A stretch of DNA of 64,000 nucleotides from Spirochaetia bacterium (lineage in GTDB: Bacteria; Spirochaetota; Spirochaetia; UBA9216). The translations under genes and the position numbers were made by a program. The notes beneath the pieces are model-generated. The model worked only from the letters and a program-made list of their open reading frames with translations, made no database searches and had not been told where the DNA came from. How positions within the stretch are numbered: the stretch's first letter is position 1; the number at the start of each line of letters is the position of its first letter. The stretch lies in contig OY776510.1 in assembly GCA_963675665.1 (NCBI GenBank), positions 1,792,001 to 1,856,000 on the forward strand, read 5' to 3'. Below are positions 38,483 to 48,626 of this stretch, piece by piece.

Positions 38483-41400
38483 TTATTTTGAGTTTATAAG
38501 CTCTTTTTTCTTTTCCTCATCGTTCATCATTCCTGCAAGCCCTGACGAGTAAACGGTGTCCGAATCTTCAACAAGGTCCTTGATGTCCATATCATGCTTG
38601 AAACGAAGCACGTTCAGCATAAAAATGTTCAGCTGGTTCAGGATGTTGGGAGGAAGCTGGTTGCCGTCTACCTCAACAGACATTGTCGGAAAGTTCCTTT
38701 CGCGGGCCCATGGAGTATAGATTCCCTGAATAACGCGTCCGATAAGACAGGCGAAAGGCGATATATTGACAACGCCGGAGTAGCCTTCTTCCATTGCGGT
38801 TGCAGCCGAGCCTGAAGATACTGCAATCTCGGAGTTAAGTTCAAGGTTAACGAAGTTGTCTTCAACAGTCTTCATTATCCTGTTCATGTCGTGCGGCGCG
38901 GAAGGTACGAGGTTGTTAACATTAAGCGCATGAAGAGCTTTGTGTTCCATGGATGCTTTCCATTTCTTTTCAATCTGATAGTACACCCAGGTTCTGAATT
39001 CTTTTGTAAAAGGTCTGAGAATAACCGGTTTAAGCTTTATTCGTTTCTTGATATCGTAATCGCGGACAAAATCTGTGTAATGAATCCATTCGGCGATACT
39101 CGAAACTTTAGCAATTATTCCCTTGTTGGCAAAGTTTTCGATCAGTTCGTCTACAGCAAAGTCGTCCCGCCTTACGAATATTTCACCTACAATAAGGACC
39201 TTCGGGCACTCAAGCGGGTTTTTCTTAAGCGGTATTTTTGCCATTTCATGGCCCATCTGTTTCAGCGCCGGATAGAGAGAATCAAGGTTATCGCCTACCG
39301 ATTTAACTACCTTCTTCCAGGATTTCTTGTATTCAATCATCGCTGTTTTCGAATTTTCGGCACATGCTCTAAGTGTAGTCTGCATATCTTTCAGATAATC
39401 TGTTGCAGTTACTGCTTTCCAGACGTACTGTGAAAAGCCGGGACCGAGTTCATTGTACGAGTTGTCGGCGCTCAGCGTAAACACAACTATATTATCAATC
39501 CGGAGATCCTTGAAGAGGTTCTCATAGAACACATAATACTGCCCTGTCCGGCACGGGCCGGTTGTAATCGGAACGAAGAGAGCATAAATCTTGTCTTTTC
39601 TGTATGCAGGCGAGGCCATGAACTTAAGCGCACCGCCGAGAACAAGCTGTGAAGGAACACATTCCTTTCCGGACATGTAATTTCTTGCATGCTCAAGGGT
39701 TTTTGCATCGGCTACGGGCATTGACCGGGCATTGAAACCCTGTGCGGTAAGCGCTGCGGCAACAAGTTCGGATGCAATCTCTCCCATGTTTGAAACAATC
39801 AGCTCAACACGGTCGTTGTTCATAACCGGGATTTTTTCGCCTGTGTTGATGTTCTCAATAAACAGGTTTCCTTCGTTTTTGAATCTCAGACCGTTGTCGT
39901 AGCGTTCCTGCTCGATATTTTCGATCTTGCTTCTGTACCCGTCGATAATATCAAGGAAAGCCTCAACACGTGTATCAATACCTGCATCGGCGCTGTGTGA
40001 ATCAAGTTCGAGGACCAGGAAGGGTTTTGTTCCCATTATCCACTTGAGATAATGGAGCATAAAGGAGTCAGGCGCACATGAAAAATTGCTTATCCATGTT
40101 GCATATATATTATCTTCCTGTTTGATCATCCGGGCGGCTTTCATGTCCTGCTGACCGTAATACCAGTACATATTGTCGTATATTTCTTCATTTTCAAAAG
40201 GAAGAATGTCATATGGAATAACTGTAAAATTCTTTGATGTGAATTTTTTCGGAATGCCCATGTTTGCTTCACGGGTGAAAGCGTTGTACGGACGACCGAG
40301 GAGCGCAATAACCGGTTTTTCACTCTTGCGTGCAAACTCAAGCGCTTCAAGTCCGAGTTCTTTCAGTTTATGCAGAAACTCTTCCTGCTTCTGAACAGCG
40401 ACGCCAAACGCTTTTTTTATCTCGCTTTCCGAAATATCAAGCTGTTTACCGAGTTTCTGGAAAAGCTCAAGCGCCTTGTCGCGTCCGAATTTAAAGGAAA
40501 CAACAAGTTCGAGAATCTTGTTTTCTGCAATTTCCGGGAATGCTTTCTTTATGTAGTAAGGCAGACCCTGCGTTATGGGACAGAAATTGGCATGCACGTC
40601 GGCTTCATAGGAAGGCATATCGCGAAAATGCGGCAGGAAGATGTAATCACATCCCTTGTCTATAATGTCCTGGACAGCACCGTGAGCAATTTCCGAAGGA
40701 AAGCAGTATGTGCTTTCGCATCTGGCAACGCCGTCATGTGCGATTTTATCCGAGAGAACTGTTTTGATTCCCAGCGTATGGAAGAACCATGAATACAACG
40801 GGTAAAGTGTATGAACCGAGAAAGCCCGCGGGATACCTACGGTATAATCACGTTTTTGAACGAAGGTTTCAGGATCGGCGGCACAATCAACGAAAAGCAG
40901 ATCTGATCGCCTCTGTACAAAATCGGCCGTATCTGTGGCGGTCTCAATCTTTTTCCGGCTGTTTGTGTATTTTGAACAGCGTCCGCCGAACATGTACTTG
41001 TGGCCGTTGACCTGCAGCACCTGTATGGGACAGTCGTTTTCACAGGCCTTGCATCTGAATTCCTTTTCGTAGACAATTTCGGTATTGAGGATCGCATCAA
41101 GATCGTAATCAGTTTTTTCAAGCAGTCCGTCGGCATATTTCTGCTTTGCAAGCAGACCTACGCCGAAACATCCCATCAGTTCGGGCGACGGCGGAACAAG
41201 AATTTCCTTGCCTACCATCATTGCAAAAGCCAGTGGAATAGCCTTGTTTTTTGCAACTCCGCCCTGGAGGAAAATTTTGTTTCCTATTGTTCTGTTTCCG
41301 ACAACCCTGTTAAGGTAGTTTGATACGATCGAAGTAACAATTCCGGCGGTAATGTCCTCGCGGACAGCTCCCTGCTGAATTGCTTTTCTGATATCGGAGT

Positions 41401-42820
41401 TGATAAAGGCTGAACAGTGTTCGCCGAATTTGAGCGGGTTTTCCGCCTTGATTGCTATGTCCCCGATTTCAGCAGCGCTCCTGATGTTAAGATCTCCTGA
41501 AGCGGATTCCTCAAGAAATGAACCTGTTCCTGCCGAACAGGCTTCGTTCATGGCATAATCAATCGGTACTTTGTGGTTGAGAAGCACATACTTGGCGTCC
41601 TGACCGCCTATTTCGAAAATAGTGTCTACGTCATCGCTGAAGTATGTAGTGCCGTACGCGTGGGCGATAATCTCGTTGTATACGCCGGATGTTTCCAGGA
41701 AAACGCCCAGAATCTCACGTGAAGAACCGGTGGTTGAAGTCAGGCTGATTTTTATTTTTTTATCGCCGATGTCTTCCTTGATTTTTTTCTTTATTTCAAC
41801 GATACAGCCTTTAAGTGCTTTAACCGGATCGCCGTGTGTCCGTCCGTAATGTTCGGCTACAATCTGATCGGTTTCAATATCGATAAGACAGGCCTTGGTT
41901 GTTGTTGAACCTCCGTCGACGCCGAGTATATACTCTTTCCCCGCAACGACCTTGCCCATATCAGCCTTGAAATAGGTAACCTTGTCCATAACGCTGGACA
42001 GTTTGTCGTACCTGGGAAACTTGATTTCATTATTTTTAAGAAGCTTGTCGACGGAAGGCATTGTGCTTCCGTTTGCTTCCGCAAGAAAAGCCGCTCCGTA
42101 TGCTTCAAAATAAGGAGCTTCTTCAGGAATGATAAACTCGATTTCAGGGGCTTTTTCCCTGATGAACCGGATAATATGCTTATTCAGCGTAATTCCACCG
42201 GCAAGAAGGACTTTGCCCTTTTTAATTCTGGCCCTGTTAAGAAAGTCTATAACCTTGGTTGCCATGACATCGCTTAACGAAAGTACAATATCGTCCTTGG
42301 TTGCTTCGCGTTTATTCAGTCTGTGCGTACAGTCTGATTTCATAAACACCGAACATCTGGCCGAAAGAGAAAGTACTTTTGCATTCGGATCAACTCCGGC
42401 TACATCATCAAGGACCATATCCATTCGGCCAAGCTGCTGCTTGAAAAACTCTCCTGTACCTGATGCGCATTTGCTTCCGGTAAAGTTGTTGAGAATCTTG
42501 TTGTTCTTGTCAATTGTATATACGGTCAGATCTTCCCCGCCCATGCTGACAACAGCATCAATGTTGAGTCCCATCTGATTTAAAGCATTCTCAATACATA
42601 CAGTTTCTATGATGCTGTTGATATTGAAAAGATATCTGCCTTCCGTACCGGTTACGATCGCCTTGGCGTCGGAAGAAATTTTTCTTCCCTCTAAAGATTT
42701 CTTTAACGTTGAAACAAAGTCTCCCTCGTGAGGAAGGACGCTGCTCCAGGAAATCTTTCCATCTTCCAGCATAACGACTTTTATGCTTGATGATCCAATG
42801 TTAATTCCTAGATTCTGCAT
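38483..42820 (-). CDS. CoA-substrate-specific enzyme activase (two BadF/BcrAD ATPase domains plus C-terminal domains)
   Basis: KCASGTG, GVDGGSTTTK, EIGGQDAK, ACSAGTG, CxxCxxxC. Confidence 0.9.
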   Translation of the reverse strand: MQNLGINIGSSSIKVVMLEDGKISWSSVLPHEGDFVSTLKKSLEGRKISSDAKAIVTGTEGRYLFNINSIIETVCIENALNQMGLNIDAVVSMGGEDLTVYTIDKNNKILNNFTGSKCASGTGEFFKQQLGRMDMVLDDVAGVDPNAKVLSLSARCSVFMKSDCTHRLNKREATKDDIVLSLSDVMATKVIDFLNRARIKKGKVLLAGGITLNKHIIRFIREKAPEIEFIIPEEAPYFEAYGAAFLAEANGSTMPSVDKLLKNNEIKFPRYDKLSSVMDKVTYFKADMGKVVAGKEYILGVDGGSTTTKACLIDIETDQIVAEHYGRTHGDPVKALKGCIVEIKKKIKEDIGDKKIKISLTSTTGSSREILGVFLETSGVYNEIIAHAYGTTYFSDDVDTIFEIGGQDAKYVLLNHKVPIDYAMNEACSAGTGSFLEESASGDLNIRSAAEIGDIAIKAENPLKFGEHCSAFINSDIRKAIQQGAVREDITAGIVTSIVSNYLNRVVGNRTIGNKIFLQGGVAKNKAIPLAFAMMVGKEILVPPSPELMGCFGVGLLAKQKYADGLLEKTDYDLDAILNTEIVYEKEFRCKACENDCPIQVLQVNGHKYMFGGRCSKYTNSRKKIETATDTADFVQRRSDLLFVDCAADPETFVQKRDYTVGIPRAFSVHTLYPLYSWFFHTLGIKTVLSDKIAHDGVARCESTYCFPSEIAHGAVQDIIDKGCDYIFLPHFRDMPSYEADVHANFCPITQGLPYYIKKAFPEIAENKILELVVSFKFGRDKALELFQKLGKQLDISESEIKKAFGVAVQKQEEFLHKLKELGLEALEFARKSEKPVIALLGRPYNAFTREANMGIPKKFTSKNFTVIPYDILPFENEEIYDNMYWYYGQQDMKAARMIKQEDNIYATWISNFSCAPDSFMLHYLKWIMGTKPFLVLELDSHSADAGIDTRVEAFLDIIDGYRSKIENIEQERYDNGLRFKNEGNLFIENINTGEKIPVMNNDRVELIVSNMGEIASELVAAALTAQGFNARSMPVADAKTLEHARNYMSGKECVPSQLVLGGALKFMASPAYRKDKIYALFVPITTGPCRTGQYYVFYENLFKDLRIDNIVVFTLSADNSYNELGPGFSQYVWKAVTATDYLKDMQTTLRACAENSKTAMIEYKKSWKKVVKSVGDNLDSLYPALKQMGHEMAKIPLKKNPLECPKVLIVGEIFVRRDDFAVDELIENFANKGIIAKVSSIAEWIHYTDFVRDYDIKKRIKLKPVILRPFTKEFRTWVYYQIEKKWKASMEHKALHALNVNNLVPSAPHDMNRIMKTVEDNFVNLELNSEIAVSSGSAATAMEEGYSGVVNISPFACLIGRVIQGIYTPWARERNFPTMSVEVDGNQLPPNILNQLNIFMLNVLRFKHDMDIKDLVEDSDTVYSSGLAGMMNDEEKKKELINSK

Positions 42821-42952
42821 TTAGCTATCCTTATATATAAATAAGTTAATATTAGTGTTTTAAAATAGTAAGCTTTCAGCTTAAACAGATGTAATCTATC
42901 ATAAATAGGAGATTGTGTCAGTATATCAGCAACAGGCTGGGATGGAATTCGG

Positions 42953-43597
42953 TCAATTGTGCCTTACAAGCGGATTGGGAAAGCCGATACCGCTCAAAAG
43001 ACTTTTTATATGCGCAATGTCTTCTTTTTTTACTGCCGGAATAATAATACGCATCATACCGCTATCCGATAATTCAAGTTCCGCTTCAAGGCCGGCGTTT
43101 TTAACCTTTTTCAGACAGTTTTGGGCATTATCAGCCCGGGAATATGAGGCAATCTGGATTTTATAACTTTCGGGAATGCCCTCGGGATGGACCTCTTCAG
43201 TTTTTACAAGTGTGTTTTCAGATACGCCTGCCGGAAGCGATACCACCTCAAGCTTTACAAGGGCAATCCCGCTTACAGACATATCTATCTGTTCGGCGGC
43301 TGCATGCGAAAGGTCAATCACCCTGCCGGCAACAAACGGGCCCCGATCGTTGATTCTTACGGTTACGGAACGGTCATTTTGCAGGTTTGTTACTTTTACC
43401 AATGTGTTGAACGGGAGGGTTTTGTGGGCAGCCGTGAGTTTGTTAGTATCGAAGATCTCTCCGTTGGCGGTTTTTCTTCCCTGAAACTTTCCTCCGTACC
43501 AGGAGGCCTGCCCGGTTTCAAAGGCGAAGAGGGGGATAACTGCAAGTATAAATAAAACCGGTATTAATACCGTGATAATTCTGAGGGTTCTGTTCAT
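42953..43597 (-). CDS. rlpA: RlpA family lytic transglycosylase with SPOR domain
   Basis: ASWYG, TAAHKTLP, INDRGPF. Confidence 0.92.
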   Translation of the reverse strand: MNRTLRIITVLIPVLFILAVIPLFAFETGQASWYGGKFQGRKTANGEIFDTNKLTAAHKTLPFNTLVKVTNLQNDRSVTVRINDRGPFVAGRVIDLSHAAAEQIDMSVSGIALVKLEVVSLPAGVSENTLVKTEEVHPEGIPESYKIQIASYSRADNAQNCLKKVKNAGLEAELELSDSGMMRIIIPAVKKEDIAHIKSLLSGIGFPNPLVRHN

Positions 43598-43741
43598 AGG
43601 TTACTTATCGGCAAAAATATGGGATCAATTCAAGAGTAAAGGAATAGCGGATTAGGTATATCCAATTTATTTAGATACTTTTATATTTTGCCCACCTTTA
43701 CCTGTTATAAAATTTCTATTTGCTGTTTTTCTTATCAAGTA

Positions 43742-44965
43742 TTATAAATTTCCATATTCTGATAGATTTCCGGCTTCATCAATGTAAGACTCATTATATT
43801 TGTAAGTATAGTCACCACTTAATGAAAAATTATGAGAAATAGATGGATCTACCCATCCTGAAGAATTTGTAAAGATAAATACAAATCCACCTGATTCATT
43901 TTCAACTTGAACGTCATATTTTGCTTTAAAACAATCATCGCCATTATAGGGATTCATATAGGCTGTTCCATTAGAAACGAAACATGAACTTCTATATTGT
44001 GGTGCTACAGTATCAAGCGTGAAAGTAAAATTCTTTGAAAAAGAACTGATTATGCCTATTCGATCACTGACATCGACATAAAGATTATGAACTCCTTCTT
44101 CTTCTGGCAGTTGAATTGTTTTTGAATTATTATAGTAAAATGAGGTCAGTAGTGTTTCTTTTGAGGGATCAGTCCAAATTTGAACTCTATAAACATTTTG
44201 CATATCACCAGTAAAAACAATATCACGACTATTACTATACCCTTCCTCATTAGACGCATCCAAATCATCTATAAGATAATCCCCATAAATTTCACCCAAA
44301 ACAGAGCAAAATTTTGAATTTGACGGTTCGCTCCATCCATATTTATTTGAAGCAAGAGCTCTTATATAGTATGAGCCAGCTTCTACATTTTCAAACATAA
44401 ACTCTGCTTCAGTCTCAGTTGTCTCATAGAAATGAACAATATTAGTGAAATCTGTTTCAGTTGAAACTTCTATTCTATTTATAAAGTTATCAGGATCATA
44501 ATAATTATAGGTTCTCCATTCAACATATATTCGGGAACTACCGCCTACTGTAGAAGAATAAATATAGGGAGTTGATGGTGTATAGTCATTTGGATCATAT
44601 ACATAAAACGAACCAGAACGTGGGTAATTAGAATCTCCATAAGAATTATAAGAGCATAACTCAAATAAGTACAATTGAGGAGATAGAATACCAACATTTA
44701 TCAAAGTATTATCATTGCCTTCTACAGAAAATTTAAAAATCTGTTCTGATTCGTCAGTTAATAATAATTTATAACCTTCAGCATCAGAAACAGATTCGAA
44801 AGTAAATATAACTTCTTCTCCAATTACATTATATATCTCATAATTACTTGGTGCGGATGGTGGATCTTCAGTTGTCGTATCTGGAGCTTGAATACAACTT
44901 ATAAAGATAAAGATTATCAAGATAATAAATACTAATATCACTTTTTTCAAAATACTGCTCTCCAA
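43742..44965 (-). CDS. Hypothetical lipoprotein with fibronectin type III-like repeats
   Basis: Lipobox FISC; YNSYGDS and YYIRALASNKYGWS; visibly AT-rich DNA; start uncertain. Confidence 0.7.
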   Translation of the reverse strand: MESSILKKVILVFIILIIFIFISCIQAPDTTTEDPPSAPSNYEIYNVIGEEVIFTFESVSDAEGYKLLLTDESEQIFKFSVEGNDNTLINVGILSPQLYLFELCSYNSYGDSNYPRSGSFYVYDPNDYTPSTPYIYSSTVGGSSRIYVEWRTYNYYDPDNFINRIEVSTETDFTNIVHFYETTETEAEFMFENVEAGSYYIRALASNKYGWSEPSNSKFCSVLGEIYGDYLIDDLDASNEEGYSNSRDIVFTGDMQNVYRVQIWTDPSKETLLTSFYYNNSKTIQLPEEEGVHNLYVDVSDRIGIISSFSKNFTFTLDTVAPQYRSSCFVSNGTAYMNPYNGDDCFKAKYDVQVENESGGFVFIFTNSSGWVDPSISHNFSLSGDYTYKYNESYIDEAGNLSEYGNL

Positions 44966-45351
44966 AGTATGTTTACATCATTTAATATTAATAATAACTG
45001 ATTATATCTCCATATATTCTATATCTCAATTAGAATTTTACATTCTTAAAAAAGCTGATCCTGGTTTATGTTTATTTCTATTATTTATGATATTGTCTTT
45101 TTAACAAAAAGCGGGACTTTAGATGAACATTCTATACCACCGATGCTAACTTTGAGCGGAATCGGCATCGGATTGAATGTGGTCAGAGCCATAATCCACA
45201 GGTCAATACAACCAGTTTATGATTTAAACGGCGAACTAACTTCTACTACATATCAACATTTCTTAACTGAGTAACCTGTTCTAATTGGCAGCTTTCATTC
45301 ATTCGTTCGACAGTTGATATATTCCTTTTCTATCTATATAATTTCCGAACT

Positions 45352-46941
45352 ATGAAATCTAATTCGACACACTGGGCCGATATAACGGCTGATAAAATTA
45401 TAAGAGAAAAGGGCAAAAAAGACGTCTATGTCTGTGCTTCTGGTATTACACCTTCGGGAACGGTGCATATAGGGAATTTTCGCGAGATAATTTCGGTGGA
45501 ACTTGTGGTAAGAGCGCTGCGCGAAAAGGGCTGCAACGTAAGGTTTATATACTCCTGGGATGAATACGACGTGTTCCGCAAGGTGCCTGCAAACATGCCA
45601 GAGCAGGAGACCCTGGAAAAATGCCTGAGGCAGCCGATTACTCTTGTGCCTGATGTACTGGGAAATGAAGAGAGTTACGCGCGGGCCAATGAAAAAAGGC
45701 TGGAAGTTCTGCTGCCGTCGGTAGGCGTTATCCCTGAATATATCTACCAGGCTGCCGAATATCGTAAGGGAAGGTATGCCCCGGGAATGAAAACGGCGCT
45801 CGAAAAGCGTTCCAAAATTATAGATATCCTGAATGAACACCGCACAGCGCCGCTCGCTGAAGACTGGATGCCGGTAAGCGTTTTCTGTACAGCCTGTAAT
45901 CGCGACACTACAAAGGTTGAAAGTTTCGACGGCGACTGGAGCATAAACTACAGTTGCGAGTCATGCGGAAACAGGGAAAATCTTGACCTTCGAAATACGG
46001 GCGCAGCAAAGCTGCCCTGGAGAATCGACTGGCCCATGAGATGGAAAGAAGAGGGTGTTGATTTTGAACCGGCGGGGAAAGATCATCACTCCGAAGGCGG
46101 ATCATTTGATACTGCCGAGATGGTGGTTGAGAAGATTTACGGAGGAACTCCTCCGGTAAGTTTTCAGTATGATTTTATCAGGATAAAGGGACGCGGCGGA
46201 AAAATATCGTCTTCATCAGGCGAAGTCGTCAGCTTGCCCGACGTGCTTGAAGTTTATCAGCCCGAAGTTGTCCGTTATATGTTTGCCGGAACAAGGCCGA
46301 ATACGGAATTTGCAATCTCGTTTGATCTTGATGTATTAAAAATCTATGAAGATTACGATAAATGCGAAAGAACGTACTACAATAAGCCCGATTCTGAAAA
46401 AGCCCTTAAAAAATGGGAAAAGCAGGCCAGGATCTATGAGCTTTCCCAGGTAGACAAGCCGGAAGCGGAGATGCCGTATCAGATTCAAATCAGGCACCTT
46501 TGCAACCTGCTTCAGATTCAGTCCGGGGATATCGGGAAGGTAATAGAGAATCTGGGTGATGTTGCCGATAATCAGAAAGCCAAGCTCGGAAAACGTGCGG
46601 AATGCGCCTGGAACTGGGTAAAGGAATTTGCACCGGATGATTTCAGGTTTGAAATTAAAGCGTTGGGCGATAAACCGGCTGATGTTACCGAAGCCCAGGC
46701 AGGAGCCCTTGGGTATCTGGCTGAGGCGGTCAGGGATAAAATGGATGTGATGGATGAGAAGGAATTCAGCACTAACGTATATGCCGCGGCTGAAGAATTC
46801 GGTCTTGATTCAGCTGAGTTTTTCCCGGCCGTTTATCTGGCGCTTATAGGAAAGAGCAAGGGGCCGAGGCTTGTCGGGTTTCTTTATGCTATCGGAAGCG
46901 AAAGGGTCTATTCTCTTCTTTCCGTTTACGGCAGGAAATAA
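45352..46941 (+). CDS. lysS: Lysine-tRNA ligase, class I
   Basis: HWAD, SGTVHIGN, KISSS, GPRL. Confidence 0.95.
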   Translation: MKSNSTHWADITADKIIREKGKKDVYVCASGITPSGTVHIGNFREIISVELVVRALREKGCNVRFIYSWDEYDVFRKVPANMPEQETLEKCLRQPITLVPDVLGNEESYARANEKRLEVLLPSVGVIPEYIYQAAEYRKGRYAPGMKTALEKRSKIIDILNEHRTAPLAEDWMPVSVFCTACNRDTTKVESFDGDWSINYSCESCGNRENLDLRNTGAAKLPWRIDWPMRWKEEGVDFEPAGKDHHSEGGSFDTAEMVVEKIYGGTPPVSFQYDFIRIKGRGGKISSSSGEVVSLPDVLEVYQPEVVRYMFAGTRPNTEFAISFDLDVLKIYEDYDKCERTYYNKPDSEKALKKWEKQARIYELSQVDKPEAEMPYQIQIRHLCNLLQIQSGDIGKVIENLGDVADNQKAKLGKRAECAWNWVKEFAPDDFRFEIKALGDKPADVTEAQAGALGYLAEAVRDKMDVMDEKEFSTNVYAAAEEFGLDSAEFFPAVYLALIGKSKGPRLVGFLYAIGSERVYSLLSVYGRK

Positions 46942-47015
46942 TTTTTATTATTCTGGAAAAAGAATAAATGGTGATATAAGATTAATATTATATAGATTGT
47001 AAAGTATGAACAAAG

Positions 47016-47390
47016 ATGAAAACTAAAGCTATTATTGCTGAAGATGAAAGTATTTTAAGATTATTTCTCTCAATGACCCTTTCCGCGTTCGGGGTTGATA
47101 TAAAATATGAGGCTCAGAACGGTGCTGAAGCTGTGAAAGCCGTACGGGAACACAATCCCGATGTTGCCTTTCTTGATATTAATATGGATTCAAAGGAAGA
47201 CGGTCTCGATGCCTGTGAGGCAATAAAATCGGAATATCCGGAGACCAAAGTCTATTTTATTTCAGCTTACCCGGAACGTGTTTTTCAGAATCGACTTAAG
47301 TCTCTGAGTTATGACGGCTATCTCGAAAAGCCCGTTAACAAAGAGTTTCTGAAAACTTTTCTTATAAATAATTCTTTAATAACAGTTTAA
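47016..47390 (+). CDS. Single-domain response regulator
   Basis: AEDE, LDINM, SAY, KP. Confidence 0.88.
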   Translation: MKTKAIIAEDESILRLFLSMTLSAFGVDIKYEAQNGAEAVKAVREHNPDVAFLDINMDSKEDGLDACEAIKSEYPETKVYFISAYPERVFQNRLKSLSYDGYLEKPVNKEFLKTFLINNSLITV

Positions 47391-48586
47391 TATCTGAACC
47401 AATCCAGAAGCCTTCTTAACAGGGTTCCTTTATCTGTGTTCTCGGCTGCAGTCAGAATTCCCGACTGAAGAACTTCATTATTACCGAGATGTAATTCCCA
47501 TCGGCCGATAATGCTTCCGGCGGTCACCGGAAGTTTGATATCGTTGTAATATGTTTTAAATTCAAGTTCATCTATGGCTGCTGTTTCGATTAATTCTCTG
47601 GTCGGCATGCTGAACCTGACGCCAAGCAGCGGTTTCGCTGCGCCGCGAAGCGGGATTGTTTTATCCCCGGGAGGAACAGGCGTATAAGCTGTCCAGGCAT
47701 GGAAACCGTAGGTTAAAAGAACTGCGGCGTCAAACGCCCTTCGCAGTCCGCCGTCCGACGCGGTTGTTCCGGGACCGCCCATTGTAACAAGAATAAGCCT
47801 TCTTCCGTTCTGCTCGGCGGTTACGGCGAAATTATAGCCTGATTCGTCTATATACCCGGTTTTGAGCCCGTCGACACCCGGCATTCTGCCGATCAGCAGG
47901 TTGTGATTAGGCTGGGTTATCGGGCCGTAAACGGATTCACCGGAAGGCGGAAGATTTTCGGGTTTCGGATAGGTAAAGTTCCGTTGTGTATGCAGGTCTT
48001 CAAAATAATTGAGATTTTCATCAATATAGATGCGGCAGAACGAAGCGTATTCGCGTGCAGTCGTGATATTCTTTTCCGACAATCCTGAGGAATCATCAAA
48101 ATGGGTTTTGTTCATTCCAAGACGTTCAGCTTCCTTGTTCATCAAACCTACGAAATCGGCAACGCTGCCGGCGAGAAATTCCGCAACGGCAATTCCCGCG
48201 TCGTTGCCCGAAGGCAGAGCCAGCCCCTGCATGAGCTCCATCAGGGTAACCTTCTGCCCCTGCTCAATAAACATCAGTGAAGAGCGCGGAGGAAGGTTTC
48301 TGAAGTCGGCATTTTCAGATATCGGAACAATGGTGTCGGGCGAAACCTTGCCGTCTTTGATAAAACCCGAAATCACATATAAAGTCATCAGTTTCGTCAT
48401 TGACGCCGGCGGCGCAGGGTTGTCGGCATTTTTCTCAAATAATACCTTGCCGGTTTCAGCATCAATAAGGATAGCGGATTCTGCATTTATCAGGGGGGCG
48501 GGAGTTTTGGGAGCTGAGAATAACGTAACCGGTATTAAAACAGCTACTAACAGGATAATAAGTATACAACTCAGGATCTTTTTCAT
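47387..48586 (-). CDS. D-alanyl-D-alanine carboxypeptidase (S11)
   Basis: ASMTK, SGN, KTG. Confidence 0.92.
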   Translation of the reverse strand: MKKILSCILIILLVAVLIPVTLFSAPKTPAPLINAESAILIDAETGKVLFEKNADNPAPPASMTKLMTLYVISGFIKDGKVSPDTIVPISENADFRNLPPRSSLMFIEQGQKVTLMELMQGLALPSGNDAGIAVAEFLAGSVADFVGLMNKEAERLGMNKTHFDDSSGLSEKNITTAREYASFCRIYIDENLNYFEDLHTQRNFTYPKPENLPPSGESVYGPITQPNHNLLIGRMPGVDGLKTGYIDESGYNFAVTAEQNGRRLILVTMGGPGTTASDGGLRRAFDAAVLLTYGFHAWTAYTPVPPGDKTIPLRGAAKPLLGVRFSMPTRELIETAAIDELEFKTYYNDIKLPVTAGSIIGRWELHLGNNEVLQSGILTAAENTDKGTLLRRLLDWFRY

Positions 48587-48626
48587 GAAAGCAGTATTAC
48601 AGTAATCCGTTGCTGAATGCAAGGGT

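Noticed and set aside
45068-45274. 68-aa ORF
   Set aside because: No clear RBS or recognisable motif; not called as a gene
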